From NCBI RefSeq assembly GCF_001194135.2, contig NC_068983.1, positions 27,488,374 through 27,552,373 on the forward strand: a stretch of 64,000 nt of DNA, in the 5' to 3' direction. The notes beneath the pieces are model-generated. The model was not told the DNA's origin, did not search any database, and worked only from the letters and a program-made list of their open reading frames with translations. Shown here one piece after another: positions 62,655 through 64,000 of the stretch. This DNA comes from Octopus bimaculoides (Eukaryota). Numbering within the stretch: the first letter of the stretch is position 1; every line of letters begins with the position of its first letter. A program made the translations under genes and the position numbers.

Positions 62655-64000
62655 ACTTTCTTTTATTAGCCACACAGGGCTGCACACAGAGGGGACAAAT
62701 ACAACTGTAGAGCTTTTCTTTAGGAAAAAAAAAAATCCGATCAAAAGGGATCGGTAGGGGCAAAAAAAAAATGGGGGTATCGTGTATCACAGAAAATGTC
62801 AATTGTGTAAAATGGGGTAACATTAGGTTTATCCATGGAGAGAAAAGCCTACGGAAAAGACCATGGTAACCTCAGCTGGGATAGACACATGAGAGCGAAG
62901 TGCTCTCTCTCTCTATTNNNNNNNNNNNNNNNNNNNNNNNNNNNNNNNNNNNNNNNNNNNNNNNNNNNNNNNNNNNNNNNNNNNNNNNNNNNNNNNNNNN
63001 NNNNNNNNNNNNNNNNNNNNNNNNNNNNNNNNNNNNNNNNNNNNNNNNNNNNNNNNNNNNNNNNNNNNNNNNNNNNNNNNNNNNNNNNNNNNNNNNNNNN
63101 NNNNNNNNNNNNNNNNNNNNNNNNNNNNNNNNNNNNNNNNNNNNNNNNNNNNNNNNNNNNNNNNNNNNNNNNNNNNNNNNNNNNNNNNNNNNNNNNNNNN
63201 NNNNNNNNNNNNNNNNNNNNNNNNNNNNNNNNNNNNNNNNNNNNNNNNNNNNNNNNNNNNNNNNNNNNNNNNNNNNNNNNNNNNNNNNNNNNNNNNNNNN
63301 NNNNNNNNNNNNNNNNNNNNNNNNNNNNNNNNNNNNNNNNNNNNNNNNNNNNNNNNNNNNNNNNNNNNNNNNNNNNNNNNNNNNNNNNNNNNNNNNNNNN
63401 NNNNNNNNNNNNNNNNNNNNNNNNNNNNNNNNNNNNNNNNNNNNNNNNNNNNNNNNNNNNNNNNNNNNNNNNNNNNNNNNNNNNNNNNNNNNNNNNNNNN
63501 NNNNNNNNNNNNNNNNNNNNNNNNNNNNNNNNNNNNNNNNNNNNNNNNNNNNNNNNNNNNNNNNNNNNNNNNNNNNNNNNNNNNNNNNNNNNNNNNNNNN
63601 NNNNNNNNNNNNNNNNNNNNNNNNNNNNNNNNNNNNNNNNNNNNNNNNNNNNNNNNNNNNNNNNNNNNNNNNNNNNNNNNNNNNNNNNNNNNNNNNNNNN
63701 NNNNNNNNNNNNNNNNNNNNNNNNNNNNNNNNNNNNNNNNNNNNNNNNNNNNNNNNNNNNNNNNNNNNNNNNNNNNNNNNNNNNNNNNNNNNNNNNNNNN
63801 NNNNNNNNNNNNNNNNNNGCCCTCCACTAATCCTCTATAGAACGCTTTTGTGGAATCAAAGTTGCACAAGATTGGTCCCGGACGGCAGAGTTGCTTGAGA
63901 GCAATGCGACACTCGCGGTGCCATTCGCCGAGCCTAGGTCTCTGTTTAATCCACGACTGCAGTTCGGCTAAGGAGACGAGCTGCAGGAAAGCGCGCCGCA
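62655..64000 (-). mobile_element. L1/Tx1-like LINE 3' region (ORF2 C-terminal piece at 63819-64000, putative 3' UTR at 62655-62915), spanning an assembly gap
   Basis: GC-rich stop-free frame RRAFLQLVSLAELQSWIKQRPRLGEWHRECRIALKQLCRPGPILCNFDSTKAFYRGLVEG. AATAAA on the minus strand ~10 nt before a (TATC)n tract. Family assignment is from recall. Confidence 0.55.

Overview
AT-rich, microsatellite-saturated animal genomic DNA from a draft scaffold; the N-gaps nearly all sit at (TA)n/(CA)n tracts. The repeat repertoire looks like Octopus/coleoid cephalopod DNA (recognised from memory, not by database search). No host protein-coding gene can be identified with confidence, and almost the entire ORF track is translation of microsatellites and gaps. 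The window is a transposon graveyard. It holds at least five tRNA-derived SINE families and several decayed R4/Dong-clade non-LTR retrotransposon pieces, several of them bordered by (TAA)n. It also holds L1/Tx1-like pieces bordered by (TATC)n, CR1 and RTE LINE ends, Penelope-like remnants, a rearranged mariner, several MITE/foldback elements, a short solo LTR and a Helentron-like element with TTAGGG repeats. The most unusual item is a SINE (40787-41030) that joins a tRNA-type Pol III head to a Penelope-type minimal hammerhead ribozyme motif. A second, degenerate hammerhead lies at 6339-6375.
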